A stretch of DNA of 32,000 nt from Rickettsiaceae bacterium (lineage in GTDB: Bacteria > Pseudomonadota > Alphaproteobacteria > Rickettsiales > Rickettsiaceae). The stretch spans positions 241,471 through 273,470 of the forward strand of contig CBDBTV010000017.1 of the NCBI GenBank assembly GCA_965211855.1, written 5' to 3'. The notes below the pieces were generated by a model. That model was given only the letters and a program-made list of their open reading frames with translations. It was not told where the DNA came from and did not search any database. The position numbers and the translations under genes were made by a program. Below, in pieces: positions 16,019-25,186 of this stretch; within the stretch, counting starts at the first letter, position 1; the number at the start of each line of letters is the position of its first letter.

Positions 16019-16429
16019 ATGTTAGAAAAAACAGATGTAAATTTCCCGGCTATTCCCTATTATTCTAGTAAAATTTCTGCAGGCTTCCCATTCCCAGCAG
16101 ATGATAATATTACAGGTAATTTAGATTTAAATAAGCTACTAGTAAAACATGAAGCTGCAACGTTTTTTATGCAAGTCAAAAGTGATGCTATGAAAGATGC
16201 AGGAATATGGTCTGGAGATATATTAGTAGTTGATCGCAGTTTGTCTGCTAAACATGGAAGGATTGTAATCGTAGCAATTGGTGAAGATTTGCTAATTAGG
16301 CGCTTATATAATCTGCGTAATAAGGTTTTACTAATGCCAGAAAATAAAGAATATGAACCAATGGAAATAAATCATGATATAGAATCAGTAATCTGGGGTG
16401 TAGTGAATTACGTAATACATAAGGTATAA
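16019..16429 (+). CDS. umuD: UmuD-like S24 (LexA/UmuD family) protein with both catalytic dyad positions substituted
   Basis: 136 aa. It aligns without gaps to recalled E. coli UmuD from the cleavage site onward: ISA|GFPFPA...LDLNKLLVKHEAATFF..SDAMKDAGIWSGDILVVD...HGRIVIVAIGEDLLIRRL...LMPENKEYEPM. The RBS AGAGG lies 7 nt upstream. The ORF is followed 3 nt later by umuC. Confidence 0.85.
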   Translation: MLEKTDVNFPAIPYYSSKISAGFPFPADDNITGNLDLNKLLVKHEAATFFMQVKSDAMKDAGIWSGDILVVDRSLSAKHGRIVIVAIGEDLLIRRLYNLRNKVLLMPENKEYEPMEINHDIESVIWGVVNYVIHKV

Positions 16430-16432
16430 ATT

Positions 16433-17698
16433 ATGGAAAAAGTGTTTGCTCTTGTTGATTGTAATAATTTTTTTGCATCATGTGAAAGAGTTTTTAAACC
16501 TGAATTAAACAATAAACCTGTTGTAGTTTTGTCTGGTAATGATGGATGTATTGTTGCTCGTTCCAATGAAGCAAAGAACATTGGTGTTCCAATGGGTGCT
16601 CCATATTTTAAATGGCGGAACTTATTTGAAAAAAATGGAGGTAAGGCTTTTTCATCAAATTTTCAATTATATGGTGATATGTCAAGGCGTGTAATGAATG
16701 TACTAAAAGAGCTCGCACCGGATGTTGAGAAGTACTCGGTTGATGAAGCATTTTTGCATTTGGAAAGTTTAATTGGTTGTGATCTTCAATCCTATAGTAT
16801 TGATTTATGTCAAAAAGTAAAAAGATGGACGGGTATTCCAGTTTCATTGGGATTAGCTCCAACTAGGACTTTAGCAAAAATAGCTAATCATATGGCTAAA
16901 AAATATTCTAGGAATGGTGTTTTTGATATTAGAGATAAAGAAATGCAAAAATGTGTTTTGGCTTCTGTTGCTGTAGAGGAAGTTTGGGGGATATCTTATA
17001 ATTTAGGTAAGCGTATTAGGCGTATGGGTATTAATACTGCTCTTGATTTAAGTTTGGCCGATCTTAAAATGATTAGAAGATCTTTGGGTATTATGGGAGA
17101 AAAGACGGCTTTAGAATTACGTGGTATTCCTTGTATAGAATTTAGAGATACTTCACATAGAAAAACAATAATATCATCGAGAAGTTTTAAAAAAACAATT
17201 CAAGATTTAAATTTAATTGAGGAATCTGTTGCTAATCATATTGCAAAAGCCGCCATAAGGCTTAGGAGGCAAAATTGCCTAGCTGGTGGATTAATGGTTT
17301 CAATGCGTACAAATCGTTTTAGTAATTATAGTAAGCAATATAAAAATGAATATACTATGATGCTAGATGCACCAACTGATGTAACTAATATTTTATTAGC
17401 AAAATCTAGGGAATGTGTAAAAAATATATTTAAACAAGGGGTTAAATATAAGAAAACTGGGGTAATGCTTTTTGATATTCGATCTAAAAAAAATGAACAG
17501 AGAAGCTTTTTTTCTTCTTCGGAAGATCTTGCAAAAAATGATAATCTAATGAAATTAATCGATAATATAAATTCGGATAATTATTCGGCTAATTTATATT
17601 TTGCGTCTCAGAAAATCTCTAATCAAAAACGTTTTTTACATAAATCAGATAGAATTAAAGTAAAGAGCGATCTACATCCATTGCCATTGGTAATTTAA
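16433..17698 (+). CDS. umuC: Y-family translesion DNA polymerase, UmuC-like (Pol V catalytic subunit)
   Basis: 421 aa. FALVDCNNFFASCERVFKPELNNKPVVVLSGNDGCIVARSNEAKNIGVPMG matches the UmuC N-terminus. The catalytic carboxylates are present (D9 and the SVDEAF motif). A possible beta-clamp motif, QRSFF, lies near the C-terminus. Confidence 0.9.
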   Translation: MEKVFALVDCNNFFASCERVFKPELNNKPVVVLSGNDGCIVARSNEAKNIGVPMGAPYFKWRNLFEKNGGKAFSSNFQLYGDMSRRVMNVLKELAPDVEKYSVDEAFLHLESLIGCDLQSYSIDLCQKVKRWTGIPVSLGLAPTRTLAKIANHMAKKYSRNGVFDIRDKEMQKCVLASVAVEEVWGISYNLGKRIRRMGINTALDLSLADLKMIRRSLGIMGEKTALELRGIPCIEFRDTSHRKTIISSRSFKKTIQDLNLIEESVANHIAKAAIRLRRQNCLAGGLMVSMRTNRFSNYSKQYKNEYTMMLDAPTDVTNILLAKSRECVKNIFKQGVKYKKTGVMLFDIRSKKNEQRSFFSSSEDLAKNDNLMKLIDNINSDNYSANLYFASQKISNQKRFLHKSDRIKVKSDLHPLPLVI

Positions 17699-17775
17699 TG
17701 GCTTTTTATAAGTGTATTGTTTATGTTATAGTTGATCAGAAAATAAATAACTGATTTTTAGTTGAATAAATATTT

Positions 17776-18150
17776 ATGATAGTTGGAATTGGGACTGATG
17801 TAGTTCAGATTGATAGGATTGAAAGAATATATAATAAGTATAAGAATACTTTTTTAGAAAAAAATTTTCATCCGCAGGAATGTGAATATTTTTACACGCT
17901 TGAGAAATCAAAGGCTATGTCATATTTGGCAAAAAGATTTGCAGGAAAAGAAGCGATAGCTAAAGCTTTTGGTTCAGGAATAGGTAATAATTTGGCCTTT
18001 AAAGATATAGCAATTTTAAATGATAAATTAGGTGCTCCATATGCAGAAATCTTTAGTGATAATATTGAGGGTTTTATAGATAAAAAAATCCATATTTCTT
18101 TATCAGATGATTACCCAATTGCTATTGCATTTGCAATCATAAGTCAGTAA
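17776..18150 (+). CDS. acpS: Holo-[acyl-carrier-protein] synthase
   Basis: 124 aa. MIVGIGTDVVQIDRIE...RFAGKEAIAKAFG is the canonical AcpS pattern. Confidence 0.9.
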   Translation: MIVGIGTDVVQIDRIERIYNKYKNTFLEKNFHPQECEYFYTLEKSKAMSYLAKRFAGKEAIAKAFGSGIGNNLAFKDIAILNDKLGAPYAEIFSDNIEGFIDKKIHISLSDDYPIAIAFAIISQ

Positions 18151-18341
18151 TATAGCCTAAACAATTATGATTTAGTATATTTAATTTTATTGATCTGCTT
18201 ATTATTCCTTAAATTTGATAGGGTTCTAGGGGTTTTTCAGTGGCTTTATAAAATTCAAAATATTTCCTCTAAATATACCAAAAATTATATTCGTTTATTT
18301 TATATAAATTTCAATAAAATATTAATAAGGGATTGCTACAC

Positions 18342-19793
18342 ATGCTGCTACTTGAAATGAAAAGAAAAAAAGGAACTTTAAATACTATTCATTTTGTTGG
18401 TATAGGCGGTATTGGAATGAGTGGTATAGCAGAAATAATGAATAATTTGGGTTATAGTGTTCAAGGTTCAGATTTAGCTGTAAATAATAATACTAGAAGA
18501 TTAGAAGCGCATGGAATAAAAGTGTTTGAAGGACATGACGCATCAAACCTAAAAAATGTTTCATATGTAGTGATTTCTACAGCAGTTAAAAATGATAATC
18601 CTGAAGTTGTTGCGGCAAGAAAGTTAATGATCCCAGTAATCAGACGGGCTGAGATGCTTGCCGAATTGATGCGTCTTAAATGTTCGGTAGCCATTTCAGG
18701 GTCACATGGAAAAACTACTACAACATCTTTAGTCGCTTGTTTATTTGAAGCAGCTGGTTTAGATCCAACAGTAATTAATGGTGGAGTGATTAATAACAAA
18801 TCAACAAATGCATATTTAGGGCGTGGGGATTATCTCGTAGTAGAAGCAGATGAGTCTGATGCTACATTTATAAAAATTCCATCCACCATTGGAGTAATTA
18901 CGAATATTGACCCAGAACATATGGATTACTACAAAGATTTTGATACACTAAAAGCTGCATTTAAAAGTTTTATACGCAATTTGCCATTTTATGGCTTTGG
19001 TGTTGCTTGTATAGACCATCCAGTTGTAAGAGAGCTAGTTGAAAATATAACCGAAAGGCGTGTGATTACTTATGGTATTGAAAGCAAAGATGCTCAAATA
19101 GTTGCTTATAATATTACTTCTGATACATATTCTTCTACATTTGATATTAGAATAAAACAACAAAATACGAGCGGTGATACAATTATAGAGCACATTACAA
19201 TTCCAACACCTGGAAAGCATAATGTTTTAAATGCTTTATCTGCAATTGCTATTGGAATAGAGCTGGATTTTGGCTTAAAGGTGATTAAAAATGGTTTTAA
19301 AAACTTTCAAGGTGTAAAAAGACGTTTTACCTTAGTTGGAAAGTATAATGGCGCAGAAATAATAGATGATTATGCTCACCATCCGGTGGAAATTGAAGCA
19401 ACTCTCTCTACAGCAAAAGATGTGGTATCTAAAAGAAAAGGTAGAGTTATTTCAATATTTCAGCCACATAGATATACAAGGTTGGAAAATTTATTTTCTG
19501 ATTTTGCTAGTTGTTTTGCTAAGTCTGATAAAGTATATATCTTGGATGTATTTTCAGCTGGTGACTCACCAATTGAGGGCATTAATAGTAAAACTCTAGT
19601 TGAGGCGATTAATAAAAATTCTGTGGATGCGGAATATCTTGCCAATCATGAAGATATAACGCCTGTTGTTGCAACTGAAGCAAGAGAAGGGGATATAATT
19701 CTTATGATGGGTGCTGGAAGTATAACAACTTGGGCAAATCAGTTGCCTGAAAAGCTAGAAAAAATAGATACTAGCACTGTAACAGTAAATTAA
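18342..19793 (+). CDS. murC: UDP-N-acetylmuramate--L-alanine ligase
   Basis: [39 protein letters not shown] and DDYAHHP are the expected motifs. The ORF track opens at TTG 18333. I prefer ATG 18342 ([10 protein letters not shown]...), and ATG 18357 is also possible. Confidence 0.92.
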   Translation: MLLLEMKRKKGTLNTIHFVGIGGIGMSGIAEIMNNLGYSVQGSDLAVNNNTRRLEAHGIKVFEGHDASNLKNVSYVVISTAVKNDNPEVVAARKLMIPVIRRAEMLAELMRLKCSVAISGSHGKTTTTSLVACLFEAAGLDPTVINGGVINNKSTNAYLGRGDYLVVEADESDATFIKIPSTIGVITNIDPEHMDYYKDFDTLKAAFKSFIRNLPFYGFGVACIDHPVVRELVENITERRVITYGIESKDAQIVAYNITSDTYSSTFDIRIKQQNTSGDTIIEHITIPTPGKHNVLNALSAIAIGIELDFGLKVIKNGFKNFQGVKRRFTLVGKYNGAEIIDDYAHHPVEIEATLSTAKDVVSKRKGRVISIFQPHRYTRLENLFSDFASCFAKSDKVYILDVFSAGDSPIEGINSKTLVEAINKNSVDAEYLANHEDITPVVATEAREGDIILMMGAGSITTWANQLPEKLEKIDTSTVTVN

Positions 19794-19813
19794 TACGAGA
19801 ATATAGAAATAAT

Positions 19814-20707
19814 ATGAATTTACCAAAAGTAAGGGGTAAATATAAATTTGATTATAATATAGCTCATCTTACTTGGTTTAAAGTTGGTGGTAATGCAGAT
19901 ATTTTGTTCAAACCTGAAGACTCAGAAGACCTTGCCAGTTTTTTAAAGGAGAAAGATTCAAATCTTGAAGTAATGGTACTAGGTGCTGGTTCAAATATTA
20001 TAATTAGAGACGGTGGAATAGAAGGGGTTGTAATAAAGCTTGGACGCGCTTTTACAGAAATCGAAGAGCAGCCAGATGGTAATTTGGCTGTTGGAGCAGG
20101 TTGTTTAAACTATAATTTAGCAAAATTTGCTGCTACAAAATCTATAGAAGGTTTTGAATTTCTTGTTGGAATTCCAGGGACTATAGGTGGTGGTGTTGCT
20201 ATGAATGCGGGCGCATATGGTTCTGAATTTAAAGATTTAGTTATATCGGTAGAGGCTATTGATAGAGAGGGTAATCATAAAAATTTTTCATGCGAAGAAA
20301 TAGGTTTTTCTTACAGAAAAAATGCTTTACCTAAGGATTTAATATTTACAAAAGTAATTTTTAAGAGCAAATCGGGTAGTTCAGATCAAATTCAATTAAA
20401 AATGGATGGGATTAATCAAAAGCGCTCAGAGACTCAGCCAATTACTGAAAAAACGGGTGGTAGTACGTTTGCAAATCCTGATGGGCATAAAGCTTGGAAA
20501 TTGATTGATGAGGCTGGTCTTAGAGGTTATGCAGTTGGTGGAGCTTCAATGTCTCAAAAGCATTGTAATTTCATGATAAATGATGGTAATGCAAATGCTT
20601 CTGATATGGAAAATTTAGGAGAGCTTGTAAGAAAAAGAGTGAAAGAGAACTCTGGAATCGAATTAAATTGGGAAATAAAACGCGTAGGGAGAAATGCAAG
20701 AATTTAA
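19814..20707 (+). CDS. murB: UDP-N-acetylenolpyruvoylglucosamine reductase
   Basis: 297 aa. It has [13 protein letters not shown]..., [38 protein letters not shown] and GGSTFANP. Confidence 0.92.
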   Translation: MNLPKVRGKYKFDYNIAHLTWFKVGGNADILFKPEDSEDLASFLKEKDSNLEVMVLGAGSNIIIRDGGIEGVVIKLGRAFTEIEEQPDGNLAVGAGCLNYNLAKFAATKSIEGFEFLVGIPGTIGGGVAMNAGAYGSEFKDLVISVEAIDREGNHKNFSCEEIGFSYRKNALPKDLIFTKVIFKSKSGSSDQIQLKMDGINQKRSETQPITEKTGGSTFANPDGHKAWKLIDEAGLRGYAVGGASMSQKHCNFMINDGNANASDMENLGELVRKRVKENSGIELNWEIKRVGRNARI

Positions 20708-21740
20708 TACAATCTTTAAAGAAAAATCTATTGTAGTTGATTGTAGCAACAAAGGTAAGGTAGAGCTAAAAGACTTTATTAAAACAGATGGATATGTGCT
20801 TGAGGAATGTGATATTGCGAATTCTGGTGATAAGAAGTTTATAGCGGTTGTTGGGGCAGGTATGTCCGCTGAGAGAGAAGTATCTTTTATGTCGTCAAAT
20901 GGTATAGTAGATTCACTGATAGATCTTGGGCATTACGTTGTGTTTATCGATATGGGAGCAGATATTTCAGGAGTAATTACTAATCTCAGACCAGACGCTG
21001 TATTTAATGCATTACATGGCACTTATGGTGAGGATGGGTGTGTTCCTGGTTTATTAAATATACTGAGAATACCTTATACAGGTCCTGGAGTTTTGTCTTC
21101 GTCACTTGCATTTAATAAGAAAAAATCGCATGAAATTTTTAAAGCAAATGGAATTAAGATAGCACAAGCGATTGTGGTTAGCAAAAGAGATGCTATAAAA
21201 AATGATCCAATGCCAAGACCTTATGTAATCAAACCTTTGTCACAAGGCTCTAGTGTTGGAATAGAAATAGTTTTTGATGATGATGATTTTTCTTTTGCAG
21301 ATTACGAGTTTAAATATGGTGATGAAATTATTGTAGAGCAATATATACAAGGAAAGGAAATTCAGGTGGCTGTTTTAAATGGAAAAGCTATGGGGGTCCT
21401 AGAAATTGAATTGCTTCAAGGAAAGCGTTTCTATGATTATGAAGTGAAATATACAGAGGGTTTTGCAAATCATTTATTACCTGCTCCAATTACTGATAAG
21501 GCAAGTGAGAAGGTAATGAAGATATCTGAGCATGCATGTGAAATTTTTGACTGTATGCATGGAATTATCAGAGTTGAGTTTATCTATAACGAACAAGAAG
21601 ATGAGTTTTATATGCTAGAATTAAATACTCATCCTGGCATGACACCACTATCAATATGTCCTGAGATTGTTGCTGAAAAGGGAGTGAGTTATACTGACCT
21701 GGTAGATAAGATATTGCAGGGTGCAAAGTTTGAATCATGA
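20694..21740 (+). CDS. ddl: D-alanine--D-alanine ligase
   Basis: 348 aa. It has [10 protein letters not shown]-type ([14 protein letters not shown]), [35 protein letters not shown] and [12 protein letters not shown]. An N-terminal extension of about 45 aa overlaps the murB end by 14 nt, so the start is uncertain. Confidence 0.9.
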   Translation: MQEFNTIFKEKSIVVDCSNKGKVELKDFIKTDGYVLEECDIANSGDKKFIAVVGAGMSAEREVSFMSSNGIVDSLIDLGHYVVFIDMGADISGVITNLRPDAVFNALHGTYGEDGCVPGLLNILRIPYTGPGVLSSSLAFNKKKSHEIFKANGIKIAQAIVVSKRDAIKNDPMPRPYVIKPLSQGSSVGIEIVFDDDDFSFADYEFKYGDEIIVEQYIQGKEIQVAVLNGKAMGVLEIELLQGKRFYDYEVKYTEGFANHLLPAPITDKASEKVMKISEHACEIFDCMHGIIRVEFIYNEQEDEFYMLELNTHPGMTPLSICPEIVAEKGVSYTDLVDKILQGAKFES

Positions 21741-22531
21741 AAAAGAAAACAGCTTCAAAGAGATCAAATAGTGCAGCGATTTCCTTAAAAAGGAGATGGC
21801 AGGTTTTGCTCCATAGAATTATTTTCTTTATAAAATTATGGATATTATTATTTATCGGTTTATTTATATTTACTGACTACTTTGATTCATATAAGGAGAA
21901 AGCAAAGAATAGATTTAATGAGTTTACTGCGAGCTATGGTTTTGTTCTAGAAAATATTAAAATAGAAGGTGAAAAACATACATCCTATAAAGATATTGTG
22001 CAGGCCCTTAGAGTAGATAAGGGTGCTCCTATCTTTTCTGTTGATATGGAAGAAGTTAAAGGGCGCTTGGAAGATACAACTTGGATAAAAAAAGCGATGG
22101 TAGAAAGAAGGTTGCCATCAACTATATATATAGCGATAGTTGAAAGGCAGCCTATTGCTATATGGCAATTTAAGAAAAAATTATATATTATTGATTCTGA
22201 AGGAAATCGTATAACTAAACATAGCGGTGAAGGTTTTGCTGAGCTGTTGCATGTAGTTGGCCAAGATGCAAATATTTATGCTAGTAGCTTGCTTGCCGAC
22301 ATAAATGTTTATCCTAATCTAGCATCAAAGGTAAAATCTGCAGTTAGATATGGTAATCGAAGATGGAATCTGCATTTGGAGCAAAATATTATTGTTAAAA
22401 TGCCTGAAAATAGCTTTAGCGAAGCTTACGAATACTTGCACTTGCTGAATAAAGATAAAAAACTATTTGACCAAAACTATAAAATGTTAGATCTTAGGGA
22501 TCCTAATAAGTATTACCTAGAGAAGAAATAA
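21737..22531 (+). CDS. ftsQ: Cell division protein FtsQ (single transmembrane segment plus POTRA domain)
   Basis: 264 aa. A basic N-terminus is followed by one TM segment ([18 protein letters not shown]), then POTRA-like I.I.G......DI........G..IF.VD......LE...WIK.A.V.R..P.T..I.IVER.P.A.W. There is an ATGA overlap with ddl. Confidence 0.85.
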   Translation: MKKKTASKRSNSAAISLKRRWQVLLHRIIFFIKLWILLFIGLFIFTDYFDSYKEKAKNRFNEFTASYGFVLENIKIEGEKHTSYKDIVQALRVDKGAPIFSVDMEEVKGRLEDTTWIKKAMVERRLPSTIYIAIVERQPIAIWQFKKKLYIIDSEGNRITKHSGEGFAELLHVVGQDANIYASSLLADINVYPNLASKVKSAVRYGNRRWNLHLEQNIIVKMPENSFSEAYEYLHLLNKDKKLFDQNYKMLDLRDPNKYYLEKK

Positions 22532-22593
22532 TATAGTTTTTGATTCTATAAGTTCTAAACTATTCATAATATTAACTAAAACCAAAACAACCA

Positions 22594-22854
22594 ATGACAA
22601 AAAAGAAAATACTAACACCATTAAATACAAATATTAAAAGTGCAACTTTAAAAAGATCTAAAAAAGGTGGGGATGTTAATTTGAAATCTCCGATGGAGAT
22701 AATTGAGAGAGATAAAAAAATTACTAAAAGCTCTAGTTTTGCTAAATTTAAAATTAATTTTAGTAATATCAACGAATATATGCAAAACAAACCCGATGAT
22801 GTTGAGGAGATCGGTGCTAATGAGCAAAGCTCCGATAATGCAGATTTGTTGTAA
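22594..22854 (+). CDS. Hypothetical small protein with a Lys-rich N-terminus and an acidic C-terminus
   Basis: 86-aa ORF at the position where ftsA would normally follow ftsQ. It has no recognisable motif, is low in complexity, and could be spurious. Confidence 0.3.
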   Translation: MTKKKILTPLNTNIKSATLKRSKKGGDVNLKSPMEIIERDKKITKSSSFAKFKINFSNINEYMQNKPDDVEEIGANEQSSDNADLL

Positions 22855-22864
22855 GTATTGTTTG

Positions 22865-23401
22865 TTAGAGAGATAATAGAGCGTTATTTTCAAAAATTTC
22901 TCTATAATATTCTGTTAGATACAAGTTAAACCAGCGTGCATATTGATCGGGTTTTGAGATTGATTCTCTCCGCAAGTCATTGGGTGTTAGCCACTTAATT
23001 TCTGATACTTCATCGGGGTTAAGTTCTAAGCTTCCATCGTATATGCCAGCAAAAACATGAGTATACTCTCTTTCGTATAAGCCGTCTTGCAGCTTTAAAG
23101 AGTAGCTTAATTCAGTAATTTTTATTAAATTGCAAGTAAAGCCTAGCTCTTCTTGCAGGCGTCTTTGGGCAGCTTTCATATTGCCCTCATCAAGACGCGG
23201 GTGTCCACAACACGAGTTTGCCCATAATTTTGCCGAATGATATTTGCTTTTAGCACGCTTTTGTACTAACAGTTGTCCTTTGCTATTAAAAATCATTACA
23301 GAAAAGGCGCGGTGTAACAAGCCTTCTATATGAGCTTTCATTTTTTTTGCAGTTCCAATAGGCTTGTCATTCTCGTCAACTAATATAAGTGTTTCAGACA
23401 T
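22865..23401 (-). CDS. idi: Isopentenyl-diphosphate delta-isomerase, type 1 (Nudix fold)
   Basis: 178 aa. It has LHRAFSVMIFNSKGQLLVQKRA..K.....LWANSCCGHP and ...REYTHVF.... The NSCCGHP Cys motif and the Nudix-like E-rich segment RRLQEELG are diagnostic. Confidence 0.9.
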   Translation of the reverse strand: MSETLILVDENDKPIGTAKKMKAHIEGLLHRAFSVMIFNSKGQLLVQKRAKSKYHSAKLWANSCCGHPRLDEGNMKAAQRRLQEELGFTCNLIKITELSYSLKLQDGLYEREYTHVFAGIYDGSLELNPDEVSEIKWLTPNDLRRESISKPDQYARWFNLYLTEYYREIFENNALLSL

Positions 23402-23416
23402 TTTGAGTAATCGGTT

Positions 23417-24619
23417 CTAATGTTTTTGTAAAAACTGGCGAATATTTTTTGTTGCCTGCCTAATTCTCTTTTTGTTTTCTACTAGACCAATTCTTACAAA
23501 CTCATCACCTTCCTTACCAAATCCAATGCCTGGAGCTACAGCTACATTTGCATGTTCTAAGAGTAATTTACTAAATTCAAGAGATCCAAGATGCCTGTAT
23601 TTTTCTGGAATTTGCGCCCAAGCAAACATTGTAGCTTCGGGCGAGGTGATTTCCCATCCTGCATCTTTCAGTCCATTGACTAATATGTCTCTTCTATCTT
23701 TATATCTTTGCCTTGCTTCTACTATACAATCATCAGGTCCATTTAGTGCAGCAGTTGCTGCAATTTGAATTGGTGTGAAAGCCCCGTAATCAAGGTATGA
23801 TTTAATTCTAGCAAGCGCGTGTATTAGCTTTTTGTTCCCACAGGCAAATCCGATTCTCCAGCCAGCCATAGAGTATGTTTTACTTACGGATGTGAATTCT
23901 ATCGCTATATCTTTTGCTCCTTTTGCTTGTAATATTGAAGGAGGAGGGGAGTCGTTAAAATATATTTCACAATATGCCAAATCTGATAGAATATAAACCC
24001 CATAATGTTTACATAAGCTGACTATTTCTTCGTAAAAATCAAGTGAAACTGTTTCTGCAGTTGGGTTACATGGGTAATTTATTACAACAGATGTAGGTCT
24101 TGGTGAACAATTTTCAATTTCTTCTTTTATTTGCTGCACTAATGTCGTTTGGCTTGCATTATTTGGCACTGTTCTGACTGATGCTTCAGCAATAATAAAT
24201 CCAAAAGTATGTATAGGGTAGCTAGGGCTTGGAACAAGTATTGTGTCTCCAGGCTTTGTAATAGCTTTTACGGTGCTTGCAAATCCTTCTTTTGACCCAA
24301 GTGTTGCAACTATTTCTGATTCAGGATCTAAATCAACATTAAACCTTCTATTATAATATTCGCTCTGAGCTTTACGGAGTCCAAGAATTCCTCTTGAAAC
24401 AGAGTATCCGTGAGTTTTTGGATTGTTAATCGATTCTACCAGCTTTTCTACAATATGAGGTGGAGTTGGAGCGTCAGGATTCCCCATACCAAAATCAATA
24501 ATATCTTTTCCCTGTTTTCTTGCTTCGGCTTTTAGCTTATTAACCTCTGCAAAAACATAAGGTGGAAGTCTGTCTATAGTATGAAAATTTTGCATATTGC
24601 TGTTTGAGTTAAATGTCAT
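23417..24619 (-). CDS. PLP-dependent class I/II aminotransferase, AlaC (glutamate-pyruvate aminotransferase)-like
   Basis: 400 aa. IDRLPPYVFAEVNKLKAEARKQGKDIIDFGMGNPD..TPPHIVEKL, PSYPIH, SVSKTYSMAGWRIGF (PLP lysine) and ARIKSYLDYGAFTPIQ track recalled E. coli AlaC/YfdZ along its whole length. Confidence 0.85.
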   Translation of the reverse strand: MTFNSNSNMQNFHTIDRLPPYVFAEVNKLKAEARKQGKDIIDFGMGNPDAPTPPHIVEKLVESINNPKTHGYSVSRGILGLRKAQSEYYNRRFNVDLDPESEIVATLGSKEGFASTVKAITKPGDTILVPSPSYPIHTFGFIIAEASVRTVPNNASQTTLVQQIKEEIENCSPRPTSVVINYPCNPTAETVSLDFYEEIVSLCKHYGVYILSDLAYCEIYFNDSPPPSILQAKGAKDIAIEFTSVSKTYSMAGWRIGFACGNKKLIHALARIKSYLDYGAFTPIQIAATAALNGPDDCIVEARQRYKDRRDILVNGLKDAGWEITSPEATMFAWAQIPEKYRHLGSLEFSKLLLEHANVAVAPGIGFGKEGDEFVRIGLVENKKRIRQATKNIRQFLQKH

Positions 24620-24710
24620 GTCTGCGCTTAGTTTTTGTTATATAATTATGTAATAAGGTAACTCATCTGTAGCATATATTCAATCCTCTATTTTTTATAG
24701 ACATATTTGC

Positions 24711-24866
24711 AACTCAATGCTAATAAAATCAACCATAGGTTGAGTTAATGCTTTATATAGTTAATACTTTGTTTTTAATTTATCTGATACTAAAGATTTT
24801 AAAGTAATTTCTGTAGTTTTACATCAACTCTTATAATTGAGTTAGTTTGAGTTTTATGATTGAGAT
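24711..24866. promoter_or_regulatory. Cluster of TTGAGTT/AACTCAA heptamers in the divergent promoter region. Candidate operator sites.
   Basis: Exact copies lie at 24711-24717 (AACTCAA), 24740-24746, 24837-24843 and 24847-24853. A one-mismatch copy, TTGAGAT, lies at 24860-24866. The last three start 10 and 13 bp apart and end 7 nt before the ATG at 24873. Confidence 0.35.
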
Positions 24867-24872
24867 ACGAGT

Positions 24873-25172
24873 ATGAAAAAAGATAGAGGAGCAAAGCAAG
24901 AAGGCAGTGCGCTAGAGGAGCTGATAGCTGAGATATTATTGCCAATGTCTGATGTAATAGTTATGAAAGATAAGGCTGGTCGTATTTCAATTTTTAAAGA
25001 GGGTATAAAATTTGGAATGATTCAAGATGAGGCATTTCATTTGTTCGATAAAGATGGTGAATATCAGAAAATAAAAAGAGAATTAATCTTAGATGCTGAT
25101 AAACTCTTGCAAGAAGCTACAAAATCATTTTGGTATGCTTGTGGCAAGATGGATTTCTCAAAACACAACTAA
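24873..25172 (+). CDS. Hypothetical protein, possibly TfoX N-terminal-domain-like
   Basis: 99 aa. The central segment ...RISIFKEGIKFGMIQDEAFHLFDKDG... loosely fits the TfoX_N pattern (..G....G..FA.I.DD.LYLK.D). The similarity is weak. Confidence 0.4.
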   Translation: MKKDRGAKQEGSALEELIAEILLPMSDVIVMKDKAGRISIFKEGIKFGMIQDEAFHLFDKDGEYQKIKRELILDADKLLQEATKSFWYACGKMDFSKHN

Positions 25173-25186
25173 CAGCGCCAACTATA

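Noticed and set aside
22855-25186. Convergent gene ends only 10-14 bp apart with no terminator (22854/22865 and 25172/25187)
   Set aside because: This is real in the sequence, but compact convergent ends are common in reduced genomes. Nothing suggests a specific antisense-regulation mechanism.
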